A stretch of DNA of 64,000 nucleotides. It comes from Phoronis australis (Eukaryota; Animalia; Phoronida). Below the pieces are notes generated by a model. That model searched no databases, was not told where the DNA came from, and saw nothing but the letters and a program-made list of their open reading frames with translations. The DNA lies in NCBI GenBank assembly GCA_002633005.1, contig NMRA01000354.1, positions 186,001 through 250,000 on the forward strand, in the 5' to 3' direction. The translations under genes and the position numbers were made by a program. How positions within the stretch are numbered: the first letter of the stretch is position 1; the number at the start of each line of letters is the position of its first letter. Shown here in pieces: positions 42,401 to 53,300 of this stretch.

Positions 42401-44968
42401 TCGTCGTGAAACTTAACAACCTGCATGGGTGCATGCAGAATCTGGGAATGAACCGACATTCACCTTTCCTGTTAAACCCGTTGATAGAAGTAAAAAAATC
42501 TAAGTAACATTATTTTTCGTAATTCTCCGCCTTTTGTAACAAAAGAAAATCTGTCGTCGTTTTGAAAACAGTGTATGCTCGTGACACGCGCACGTGCGTG
42601 TCATTTTCTAAAACTTTACGACATCTCTCGAGAGTTTGTTCTGAAATTGGGATTTCTGATATTAAAATAGTAAAAACTTGTAACGAAATGAAACTACTTC
42701 CAATTTTTACGACATACATGTACGCAACGTTGATTGAAGAACATGGAAATTGGCCCAATACGTGATTCAATGGTGCCCAAAAGCGCATCGCAATTTTAGC
42801 AGCAAAATAACTGAAGAACACCAATTTTCCAACACTCGGGTAAATAATTTAGTTTACTCAAGGAAGAGTAAAAATTTTAATGAGGCATCATTAATTTTGG
42901 TGACAACAGGCCCGATGAATTATATTCGCGACAGAAGCCGGAGGGAGTGAAATCAAGCCGACGAAGTGACGTCACCGAGGCCGTTGAGCTGACCGACTGA
43001 CGTCACCAAGTACAAAACTGGCCACCCTCCCTCCGCGTCGATGAAAAAACGGCCCTAGAGAAACAAATAGAACATCTCGAATCCAAATAGGGGGCCGGTG
43101 CAATACCTGGGATCAAGGCGGTGCCAAAACGGGTGCAACGAAGGTCTGAAGTGCAGTGGGGAGACGGAGTTTGTGCAAATGATGCATTTTATATAATAGA
43201 TGGGCTCTGTGCTCAGTTAAGTGCAATGCAGTCACAACTTTGTAGAGGAGACAATGTGGCTTAGTGGTTTGAGCTCAGGACTCCCGTTTGGGAGATCCGG
43301 GTTCGAATCCTGGCTCTACTAGCTGACAATCGAGCATTGCATAAAGGTGTCTCCTACTCCTCTGAGCTCCATCTTACTAGTGAATATCTGCAAGGAAGTG
43401 AATAAGAACATGGATATAATGCGAAAGCGATTTCCGGGGCTGTGCTCATAACAAAATTGTTCATTACTTAACTTAGAAATGATTTCTTGGCTTGGAAACA
43501 ACCGACACTCCATTACAGTTTGAGATCATGCTCATCAAGTCACTTGTCGCGGATCATTTTAAGGGCTGAGTATGATCTCAAACAATTGCATGATTGTCAG
43601 TTCTTTCCAAGCCCAAAAACCCCTTCTCAGCTTAGCAAGAAATAAGCCGAGTTATAAAATGTAAGGGGCCTAAAAAGTTCATTTCTTTTACAAATCTGGA
43701 CCAAACAAGGTAATCACAATACACAATGGGATTACTGGTAAATAAGTTTAAAGAAAGTTAAAATATCTTTCATCAACAAAAACAATGAAATAATGTTTTT
43801 TGTCATTTCTCTCCTTCTATTTGTGTTACATATACAAATGCATTTGCAAACCATGAACATAGTGAACTCATAAAGTACGCCAAATTTGGTTATTACGAGA
43901 AATTAGTGTCAGAATCACATGAGGCACCAACTGCAAAAACAAGACCATGAAGCAGTAGATCACTGTTACGACACCGCCGAGGCATAGATCCGGAGAGCGA
44001 CACGAGGCGGACCGGCATCTCACGAGAAAATGCAACGAGTGTACGGAACCAGATTAAACCAGAGGCATCAAGATCAACCGCATCGCGGAAAAGAAGCTGA
44101 GTCAGAAGGAGCAGGTCACTCTCAGTTGACAGCGCAGCGGCCACCACACGGAGTTGAAGTAATGGCTTGCCAAAATCAACCGAGCGACGGACACGGTGTA
44201 CAGAAACAGTTGAATGCGTTATAAATGAATGTCTGAGGACGCACTGCTCCCCCCACCCCCAACTACTCCAACACCTCCTGACACCCTCGCCAAAGATCCC
44301 CACCTCACTCTTAAACTATGGGAGAAATGGACTTTTCTTAAACTTCGAATCTGGAGGACGTCTCCCAACCCACCCACTTCCCGCCTAGGAACTAGCACCC
44401 CCCAAAAATCTCGTAGCTCAACAACAACAACAACAACAGCACCAACTGCAGTGAAGCGGTGGGGCGAAGCACTCTCTTAGCAAAGAACTAGTTAAAAAAT
44501 CTGAGGAAAATCATTAAATAAAGCAACCCACGCTTAGCTGTCCCAACAGCTAGGACTGGAGGTCTGGGTATTGTGCATGCCGCCAAGTTTTCAACGTGCT
44601 TCAGTTCAGTGCAAATGAACTCTTTTCCTCAATGCATACAAAGGTTAGTTAAAAACAACAAATAATGTAAGACGTTCGAATATAATACTCACCGCGAACA
44701 TTGTCCAGGTCAAGAAGTATCTCACAAGGGTCCATGCGACGGCCCCGAGAACCGTGATCCCTACATCAACAAGGGTTATCTCCCCATAATCTATCAACTG
44801 TCTCCAGAATCCTTGGAGTGAGTAAGAGTACTTGTCGTAATTTGTGTTGTGGTCATGATAAAATTTCAGAGCATCACAAATACGCTTGACAACATCAATG
44901 TAGGACGGCACCTCCGAAGGGTCGACCGAATTTCGGTCAACTAGCCACTTCGTACCCTCAAGGTCCAT
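15391..44968 (-). CDS. CERS1: Ceramide synthase 1 (CERS1/LASS1/UOG-1 type), 376 aa; complement(join(15391..15445,16884..17017,18248..18404,19601..19762,21293..21473,22007..22172,44693..44968))
   Basis: Seven exons joined by GT-AG introns chain in frame (1131 nt, ATG to TAA). Lag1p motif RKDSPIMIFHHFLT...LFVHDITDILLEFTK, KLPESLWK, FRLYWYPLKVLY, VLTGRMKDIEDVRE. N-terminal EVPSY and no homeobox-like domain indicate the CERS1 class. C-terminus is KKRD. Confidence 0.95.
15548..15894. mobile_element. TTAA-flanked MITE (Kolobok-like); related reverse fragment near 9130..9340
   Basis: TTAA|AGCTGCATT ... AATGCAGCT|TTAA. Confidence 0.65.
16218..16380. mobile_element. Short MITE of the CAGGGGCGGATCCAGG type
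   Basis: Imperfect TIR caggggcggatccagg / cctagatccgcttatg; flanks AAATG and GAATG. Confidence 0.6.
16884..17017 (-). CDS. CERS1: CERS1 coding exon 6 (YIVVFLFNVLTGRMKDIEDVRE...PDSNG)
   Basis: tttcag acceptor, GG|gtacgt donor. Confidence 0.88.
17958..18131 (+). repeat. Dispersed repeat, second copy at about 48253..48450
   Basis: Shared ttggaattactagagtt...cagttctcca...cactaggtgg.gcttgctacaaatttaaat...ttttaatgagacatagcatct. Confidence 0.8.
18248..18404 (-). CDS. CERS1: CERS1 coding exon 5 (YVFRLYWYPLKVLY...NIYWFT)
   Basis: gagcag acceptor after pyrimidine tract, ACC|gtaagt donor. Confidence 0.95.
19601..19762 (-). CDS. CERS1: CERS1 coding exon 4 (YHKVGVLVLFVHDITD...FALAW)
   Basis: ttctag acceptor, TG|gtgagt donor. 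Confidence 0.95.
19952..20054. repeat. 13-bp minisatellite (AGGTACTACAGYG), about 8 copies
   Basis: Read directly. Confidence 0.95.
21149..21281. repeat. Variable 20-30-bp minisatellite around GCAGACGACAAATGAAGAGC
   Basis: Five agacgaca cores next to the CERS1 exon 3 donor. Confidence 0.85.
21293..21473 (-). CDS. CERS1: CERS1 coding exon 3 (WHPGM...WRKDSPIMIFHHFLT...SYIMR)
   Basis: tttccag acceptor, AG|gtaaga donor, conserved HH pair. Confidence 0.95.
22007..22172 (-). CDS. CERS1: CERS1 coding exon 2 (PFAKSMKM...KLPESLWK...GIWE)
   Basis: ttttgtag acceptor, G|gtatgt donor. Confidence 0.93.
25938..26030. mobile_element. 93-bp deletion derivative of the same pogo-like family
   Basis: Same TIRs and TA flanks; shares ctgaaccgaacttttctaag with 55403..55420. 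Confidence 0.8.
26478..26786. repeat. Inverted repeat, MITE-like
   Basis: ctgacacggagcaaattgacaag versus cttgtcaatttgcgctgtgtcag. Confidence 0.5.
29020..29205 (-). mobile_element. Degraded 5' fragment of the HINE-like family
   Basis: gccactaggggcacagtggta, ggagatacagc and gcacccata segments shared with 41690..41880. Confidence 0.55.
29277..29434. repeat. Perfect 79-bp tandem duplication
   Basis: atgtaccttataac...caaaatttaa twice. Confidence 0.95.
32344..32497. mobile_element. Small palindromic MITE (also at 33868..34021)
   Basis: cgttcagta...tactgaacg and gctaagaccttgctaaaa...ttttagcaaggtcctagc inverted pairs. Confidence 0.55.
32697..32843 (-). mobile_element. Degraded 5' fragment of MITE family B (repeated at 34221..34367)
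   Basis: Reverse complement aligns with 63369..63530 (ccctggcaaggac, ggaacctttcaagttt, actaggaagcct). Confidence 0.7.
35402..35800 (-). mobile_element. MITE family A copy 2 (internally deleted)
   Basis: Same TIR; TSD ACAAAT at 35396..35401 and 35801..35806. Confidence 0.92.
36553..37551. mobile_element. Older TIR element hosting MITE A copy 3
   Basis: tttcccattagaggcgaaactt versus aagtttccccaatgggaaa at the ends; internal gaagtttcgg/aaacttcgg repeats. Confidence 0.45.
36672..37171 (-). mobile_element. MITE family A copy 3 (about 500 bp, near full length)
   Basis: Same TIR; TSD AAAAGT at 36666..36671 and 37172..37177. Confidence 0.92.
39571..40054 (+). mobile_element. hAT-type MITE family B copy 1, nested in the HINE
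   Basis: TIR CAGGCCTT(C/T)AT; 8-bp TSD CGGTGGCG at 39563..39570 and 40055..40062. Confidence 0.92.
40470..40833. mobile_element. P-superfamily-like MITE nested in the HINE
   Basis: Termini CATAGACTATAG / CTATAATCTATG; 7-bp flanks GTGACGC and GTGGCGC (6/7 match); host repeat resumes afterwards. Confidence 0.65.
43250..43410 (+). mobile_element. tRNA-derived SINE head or tRNA pseudogene
   Basis: A box TGGCTTAGTGG 43257..43267 and B box GGTTCGAATCC 43300..43310; anticodon and acceptor stems do not pair properly. Confidence 0.65.
43895..44440 (+). mobile_element. Decayed 3' end of a non-LTR retrotransposon (I/Ingi-like) with (CAA)n tail
   Basis: Broken frames read YDTAEA*IRRAT..HEKMQRVYG, EQVTLS*QRSGHHTELK*WLAKINRA and ETVECVINEC, resembling the post-RNase H LRSGH and CCHC region; (CAA)6 at 44419..44436. 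Confidence 0.65.
44693..44968 (-). CDS. CERS1: CERS1 coding exon 1 (MDLEGTKW...TWTMFA)
   Basis: ORF 44645..44968, GCG|gtgagt donor, EVPSY motif and first TM helix. Confidence 0.88.
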
Positions 44969-45429
44969 TCCGCTTCTCGTGGTATGTACTTTTGAGAAGG
45001 GGATTTATTTACGCACACGAGACAGTCCATTTCTTGGAGTTAGGGTGGTGAAGAACTGCCGAAAATCTCAATTTTGGAGTTTTGCAATTGTCATCAATTT
45101 TTTTGAAAAATTGGTGACTTTCCTATTTGTTTTCAATGACAATTTGACAGTAAATTATCACCATTCTGTCTATTTTGACCACAAAATAACAGAAAAAACA
45201 CTCTCTCTACCTGAAATTTTAATTAATTTCTACAAACTAGTCATCCAATACGACGAATCTCCGTTGAACTGTTGTATTTCTCTTGATTGTTCAGAATTAA
45301 TGACTCAATATAGAATATTTAATTTTTATATAAACATTTAAAACATTGATATTTCACAAAAACTAAACTAATAATAAAATTAGCAAGAGTAATTTAGAAT
45401 TTTACATTTACTGTTTTATACTTAGCTCT

Positions 45430-45960
45430 TGATAAGATGATAATTTACATCCGGGCCCCGTGACCTACTACGCGCGAAATGGTTCCGTGGGATTTGAGTT
45501 TGGTTTGGTAAGTTGACAATGTCAAAATTATTGACTTAATTATCTGATTTAATTTATGAAAAGTTTTATCGACTCACCGAGTGAATATTGTCGCCATGTA
45601 TCGTAAATTTATATAGTTAAACTAATAGAACATTCAGGTAATGTGTGATCATATGACATGTGTGAATGCGATATTTGCGGTTCGTCCCACCGCAAATCAA
45701 AATTTGTTTGTGTGCCATCCGTAGTGAATTGAGATTCCTTTGCTTCGAAAAAACAAAGTTGTCAGTTCTCACTTGAATAGGTCGATTCACAGATAGTTTA
45801 TTTCAAATACCGTACGATTGGTACAAAAGAAATGTAACGTTTCGACTACCCACGTCATTCGTTGCCAATGCGATGCCTTGCGCTGTTCTTCAAACTTCAT
45901 GCTTCAAAATTGGGTTTCGTCCCACTCGGTTGAGTCGACGCCGGTTGTGTATATCTTTTC
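45430..45960. promoter_or_regulatory. Probable bidirectional promoter / first-exon region for CERS1 and the unidentified + gene
   Basis: Locally CpG-richer; ETS-like acatccggg; + strand donor TG|gtaagt at 45508; - strand donor CG|gtgagt at 45577 preceded by catggcg. Confidence 0.5.
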
Positions 45961-48941
45961 ATTATTTGTCGTATACTATCGTTTGATGACAATCTTTATT
46001 GCGTAGTATGGAATAATGAGAGTGACATGAAAAGGTTATGGTCTTCTTAACATGTGCTGGCCACATGAACTGAATCAACAATTTGGCAAGTTGGCAAAAA
46101 GCCAACTTTTGCTGTTTAAAATGGGGGTTAACATTTTGTGTATCTGGATAGGTGGACAGGTATAAAACAATACTATTGATTAACGCAAGTGCCTCATAGA
46201 CTAACAGTTGACTTCTGTTATCAGTTCCATTGAATGACTGTAGATGTTTTAGCCTATTGATTAATTCTAGTGAAATAATCAATTCTTCTGTGAGGTTTGT
46301 GTATTTATACACCACTGGTATAGCGTGAAATGATATGCCCGTATTGTTAACAAGGACTCGCTACACCTAAGCTTGATGGAATTCACCTTTTCGTAGGTAT
46401 TGATTCTCTTATGTGTGTCAACTGACCGTGCTGTTAAACGATGTTCTTAATAATCTTGAGAAATTAATGACTCGAAATTTATTGATCAGAACCTGAAGGA
46501 AGGTTGAGGTTTAGCTTAATTTTACCGACTGCAATTTTGTTTCAAGGATTGTTCTCAACGGTGACGTTTACTTTTGCTTTGAAGACTGTTCTATTCAGTC
46601 TGAGCAGTTTAAGGACATGTCATGAGATCATTTGACTTTTTCATTTAGTATTATTTTGTTTGTAAGATCGTGAATCTGAGTAAATTAGATTAAAATAACA
46701 GTGAATCATTTTTTGGGCCATGCACCACAACCACAGGAGTACATGTATGTTGTCAGGTTGGTAAATAAATTATCCCCTCAACTATTCTCTGTTAACACTG
46801 AACACTGTTTTCAGTTATAACTGTCTAGTCAACTTTTGGACTTGGTCTTCCAAGTGTAGCCAAAAACTTTTGAAGTCATTTTTTCTGAAATGAATGTTCA
46901 CATACTAGTGGTAATAAAAAGCAACAATGTTTGTCCCGGTTCATCATATTGAAGGCAAAACTTTGATAAACACAGTGACAGTGGTTGGGATATTCGGAGG
47001 TTTCAGGATCTGCCTTATATCTGGAAATATATCTTGAAATTTTCATTGGCATACTGGTTTTCTGCGTGCCTTCTGATACAGGTACCATAAAATCATCAAT
47101 TTTTAATAAAACGATTGTTGTAATTGTTGTATGTTTTTTTTTTCAAATGCCTCTAACTAAGGCTCACAATTTTCAAAACATTGTCTGGTAGCAGCTATGG
47201 CACAGAATTTGAAAATGGTAGAATATTGCTGTGGAGTTACTTATCATTTAGGAAAAATTATGAAAAAATTCATTTGTCCACCATATTGTGTCCCAAATTG
47301 GTGGGATTTTACCGTAATGTATACACTCAGCACCATAAGGGTAGGGGTAGAAGGTGAACCATCTCTGGGCTCTAAATAAGTGGCTGTTTGGTTAGAGTTT
47401 AAACCATGGTTACTGTTAAGTTTCACTCTTTTTGTCTTGTTATAGATACCAACACGATATCTGGATTAAAGTTAAGACAGGCAGTGTCAAGTGTAGTGAA
47501 TTCACTATCACCTACATTTGTTTAGCACGTAGTTATATGGCAGTGTTTCCCTTGTGGAAAAATCTGGGCAGGTTGCCATCTTCCTCTTTGACGCTCTCCT
47601 CCTTCAAACATGTTCATGTTGACTTTCACACTTCTAATCTGTCTGGGATAATTCTCGGCCATGTAAAATCACTCGCAAAATGAACAACTTTGTCGATAGT
47701 TTTGCATTGACAGTGCAGCAAAATTAATTAAGGACCTAATTGGGTGAACTATCCAAATTTATCTTGTTTTGGTGAAAGATGTTGCAATAATACTTTTACT
47801 TATTCAAGGTCAGTACCATAGCTACTACCAGGCAAAATTTTTAAAAAATTGTGGCAAAAATGTTTGAAGCCTTTGAAAAATGAAAAATGGCTGTATTGGT
47901 AATTAATTTTGTCAGAAATCGGTGATTTTACCGTACTAAAATATTTTGAGGTTTTCCCCAAGTTAACTCGGTAGTAAGTAATTTTTATTTCCTTTCATGC
48001 ACCTCTGCTTTGAAGCAGCTGTAAACACCCCTTCAGTCATGAAAAACAACTTTTGATTTTGACCACTTATCATTTGTGAAATTAGTCTTCAATTGTTGGT
48101 GAAGGTGTGATGTCTGGGTTGGGAATGAACTGTCAGTTATTCTTGACAAGGTTACTACAAGTTCACTTGTTACCTAGTGAAGTTACCCTTATGAAACAAG
48201 GCACAGTTTTTAATATTTGTTTATTTTACTGTCAAGTAGGGATTGCTTAATATTTGGAATTACTAGAGTTTTATTTTATGTTCCTACTACTTGTTTTCAA
48301 GTGTATCAGTTGTAGTGTTTTTGAAACTACAATTTATTTACAAATTGTTTCTTTTCCTGATTATACTTGTACACACAGTTCTCCACGAAGACACTAGGTG
48401 GAGCTTGCTACAAATTTAAATATTCACAGTTTTAATGAGACATAGCATCTTTGCGACTTGGCACAAAGTGACTCGAGATGATTGGTGTCGAGCGACCGTT
48501 CACGTGCACTACTCAGAAATGGTGGCAAGCCAGAAGTTGTAGGCAGGAATATGGATTGTGCATGGTCAAGGTTACACCATCTTATGTAATCTCACACTCT
48601 TTTTTTCTTCCTGAGAATTTTGTATGTTTAGTTCTACATTATAAAATCCCAATTTAATAATTTAGTACTTTCTCCCAGATTAAGAAACGATATTGTTAAT
48701 TAGCCCTTGATACAAACTTAAAAGTGAAACCAAGTCCTTGAATTATTTCAACTGAGGCCTTAGGAGTGCTTGCCTTCACCAGTCAGGGAAATGGTCTTAG
48801 GTGAGAACATGACTTGTCATAAATTTTGAATTTGGTGTCGTATTATTATCTCATGGTTTGTCCTTACTTCAAAAAAATAATGTTAATTGTATCAAGAGTC
48901 TTTTTATAAAAACAAAAAACAAGCAATTAGTCACATCTTAG

Positions 48942-50377
48942 CAGGGACTCATCTAGCGGCCGTCCTGGCCGTCCTTGGGACGTCCCTTTTAAAAAAATGA
49001 CGGCTTTGGACGGCACGGCCCAGACGGAAAAAAGACGGCCTGTTCCAAAACAACCTCGGCGAAAATGAAGGCTAAACGAAGAATTTTAACATTTATTATT
49101 TATAAATTTCCTTGAAACCTACAATTCATTGTTTAAGTTCGCTAAATATTAAGAAATAACTCGACATTAGAAACTTTTGCCGTCTATTTTTACTATAAGT
49201 GTCACAATGACGATCGGCAAATACTGGCAGCCATCTTTGGGGAATTCCTTCCTGTTCTGTGACGTCAAGGTGGCTTCATACGGAATTCCCCGCACGACTA
49301 GTGTCGAGAAATATTGCATCCAGCACTAACTACCCGTACATGGACACTTAATCTTTGAAATTGAAGAACTCACACCCGAAGTTCAAAGGATTTGCCGTAC
49401 CCCTAATGCTAGTTACCGACGCGGAAGTTGAAGCGGCACTCGATATATTCGACGGATCAGCCAATTTGAAATAGCCGACGGAGAACGTACACTTCAAAAA
49501 AATGATACCCGACAAAATTCTAACACTGACCTGCCGTACAAATGCCATCAATGTCGTTGAACATGCAAACCAGATAAAACTTAGCGCAAACTTCCTTAAT
49601 TTGTTCGCACAGCTCCGTTGCAACTCGAACGAATGAATGAAAAAATATGAAAAATCCGCACGGCCGAACGACTTATATTGATGCGCGAGAATGCAGTGCA
49701 AACTTTACGAGAAAAAAATGTGGTGTGTAATGTTGGTTACGTATTCAATGAATAACTTAGCATGAAAATAAATGCCTCGAAATACTTCATCTTATTGTGG
49801 AATTCCATGATTGTTGGGCGATTCGAGTTTATCCTCTGTGTGTGGCACTGCGTGCCATATATGGAAAAAAGTAGGTCAGCCAGTCATGTGCACAGCACCT
49901 GTTACTTCGGCTGTGAACCAGGCCGGGGATTTGACTCTTAAACTGCGAGAAAAGAATGGTTCTTTTTAAGAATAAATTTCTTGTAGCGTACTATGAAAGA
50001 CAGTGATTGACTTTCAACCTGGTAAGTTAATTCAACAAAGCGTCCACTTAAAATGCACTGCAGAAGACGTAACAACTACGATGTCCCCGGCGACCACTGG
50101 CTACGCTCGTAGCCAAACGACGTGAAATTCCCGAGTAAAGCGCTCGGAAAAACGTTTAAGAAACGTAAAAATACGAATGCCAAATTCAAACACGGAGTTT
50201 CGACGGTTTTTTTTGGTCACGATCCTTTACGAAGCCAAGTGAGGGTATACACGCGCGAGTGCACATACACCGTCACTCCTATTTTCCAGCGNCTGCGCGC
50301 CTCAGATTTGCGCTTTGCACGTCTCATAATTCTCACGAATTTGGACCCCCAATTTTCAAATCCTAGATGAGTCCCTG
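48942..50377. mobile_element. Non-autonomous hAT-type element, 1436 bp
   Basis: Perfect 15-bp TIR CAGGGACTCATCTAG; 8-bp TSD CATCTTAG at 48934..48941 and 50378..50385; CpG-rich interior. Confidence 0.92.
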
Positions 50378-53300
50378 CATCTTAGTCTCTAGTTTTGCTA
50401 AGAAACTAGCCATGTTCTAAGTGAAATATGTATATCTGAACAAATATACCGTCTGTATTCCTGCATCCTAATTCACCACAGATCAGAATTACGGAACATA
50501 GATCACTTTAGTATTTATATCACTTATGTTTTGTTTTTGTTGATCACTTCCACTGATTGAGAGCACAAGCACTTGTAGCTCAGCTTAGAGGCCTTGTCAA
50601 AATCAGGGGCAACATCCAGTTGAACATAATATTATGATAAGTCTATATACTGCTAGCTTTTAAAATTTCAACCTCACTTTCATTTCCGTGAATCGGGCGT
50701 TTTTGCTTCCACAATCCAAATTTTGGTGAAGGCATTTGATACCATGAGATGCCAAACCGCGGCACAAGAGCCATTCGAGTTTCACTACTAACAGTTATAA
50801 GTGTTGTACATGAACACTGTATGATTGGTGTTTTTTTTTTTGTCAAGTTTTATGTCATTTCACCAAGCCAAAACTAGGTCACTTACCTCAGAGAGATACT
50901 ACATCTGAGGATGCTTCTATGCCAAATAACTGCTGGCATTTTCAAAACAAGATAATACAATGAAATTCAACACTAGGTTGCACTGTGTGTTTTCACAAGA
51001 AAAGCTTCCAAATGTTGGAATTCACACTTGAAATGGTTTTGTATCCAGGCTCCAGCTCAACTTTAATACCCAAGCTTCTTTCGTTAATCGGCTAATAACT
51101 AATTTTAGTTATTTTACTATGAAAATTACGGTTTAACACGTTGTCTGCTGTCCAGGCTGTAGTGGTTATGTTTAATGTGTTGCCATGGAGTGCACATGGT
51201 ACAATCCACGGAAATCTTTTCATGAACCAGAACATCAAGGAACCCTCTTTCAGGTGTTGTGTCTTTTTTCGGTGGAATGTTGCCTTCTCCATACACACGC
51301 ACCTAATGTATCCTGTGTTCTCAATGTGATAACCTCTAGAGTCAATTTTAAAACCTGTTTGAAATTTCGATAAATGTTCTTCCAGCATTTTGACTAACTT
51401 AGAGTGGAAAGATTTACCTGCTAGAAACATTAAAGTTTAGTAATTTTCTTCTACGGGCATATCGCGGCAGTTGTCTAAAATTTGCGTAAGTTTTCATTAT
51501 TGCTGATCAAAATATATTCGCAAAATGAAAAGGGATAATTTTATAGAAGGTGCTACTTTTTTTCAAACTGAAAACATTTCAGTTGTCATTTGTTACACCT
51601 AGGTGTTCAGATATGATGTATGTCAAAAAATTAGTGACATATGTTCCCACGTTTGCCTGATGTTCTTGTGCAGTCACTGACTCTTGTTACGATTACAAGC
51701 GAAAATTATCACTATGGCCTGTCACCCCGGCATCGTTTGTGCAGCGAAGCCATTATCTGAGGGATAATAGCTAATATTTTTATGCATAATCTGAAAGATT
51801 CTGTATCCAAACTGTCCTGCACATGTACTGGTGGCTTGAATTTGCTGTTTTTATCATTTATTCTCGTGTCTGGCTCACTTAGAGCGCAATGTAAAAATCA
51901 GCTTTTTTACTCTACCTTTTACTCGGCCACACAAGTTTACATGCGCTCCTGATGTTCAGCTCACAACTGGGCGTGTACGATGTGAGTTCCTGTTTATGTT
52001 TAGAGCTATTGCATATTCAGAGGCAGGAGAACATTTAAACAGATGAAAGGCAAAAGAAGTCTGGCTTAGATATGGGGCGAAAATGGTCACCCATGTGAAC
52101 CCTATTGCGCATGCACAGGTAACGTGATCGCATCTGGCTCCAAAGCTAGTGAAAAAATTAACACCTCCGAGTCTAGTCGCTTCGTGTCCGTTGCTTTGTG
52201 TCAACTTATGTAGCATAGACGAGACGAGACGTTTGGTAGTGAGTGAAACAGTCAATGATTTAATGAACCACCGACCACTGTCAAGTGAACACTATAGGAA
52301 GGTACTTGTCTGGTTATGTCAGTAGTTGTCAGGCATGAATAAAACATCTGTTGCACTAGTCATTATCCAGCCATTTTATGTAGATTAAAATACTACCATA
52401 AAAACCTTCATCTCTTACCCAATTTGAGGTCATCAGTGAATGTTTGGCGGCTTGTACCCTTCAGGATTGCATCGAATAGCACTTCATTGTCAGTGCCTTG
52501 CAGGGCCCCCCCCTCTAATATACCTAGGAATTCTCACTGAGTACTTAGATCACTGTTCAGATTGAGGTTTTTTCTAAATGAAAATTTTAATTAGCTTCTA
52601 GAATGCACATAATTATATCTAATGTTTCAAATTTTAGTCAGGGGGTTCTCCGTATAAGAGGGACTTCCCACTCCCCTTCTATGCACCTGCTAGGAGCCTT
52701 CACCACTGCTCTCCTCTCAAAACCCAGCGAATTGTCTGTATGAGCTTTCAACATGAGAGATTAACATTGACGATGGCTATGACAGTGATGAAGAAAAGTA
52801 CTATACTTAATTGAACATTTTTTTCAAAAGATTCAAAATGCCCATTTAAATGCTAATTTTGCTTGTGGGCTTTGAAAACAATGTACAAACATGTGAGAAA
52901 ATGCTAGTATTGAGTTTGTTACCTGTGGAAAGCTTTTAGCTTCTTGGTTTTGATTCAAGGTTCAGAATTTAGATGCAAAATTGTGGTCATGAAATTTAAG
53001 TTGTAATCCAGAAGTATGAACCCCTGATATGGACTGCAGCATTGATTTTTTGTCAGTTTGATGAATAATAGAACTTATATCATGACCTGGTCGCAAAATG
53101 CAATCAAAATACTGGACCCTGAATGTAAGGGAAATCTATGACCAACCTGGATGTTTGAAATGTGAGTTCGCATGGCAAAACAGTGGAGGCGATGCAATGT
53201 CACGCATTCTGCAGGTTTTATTCGCGGACAAGGAGACCACTGAAAGTTGTATGGGAACAACTAGATTTTAATTGGTGAACAAATTGTGAAGTGGGCGTTG

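Noticed and set aside
43250-43322. Functional tRNA gene
   Set aside because: A and B boxes are present but the acceptor and anticodon stems do not pair; a SINE head is more likely.
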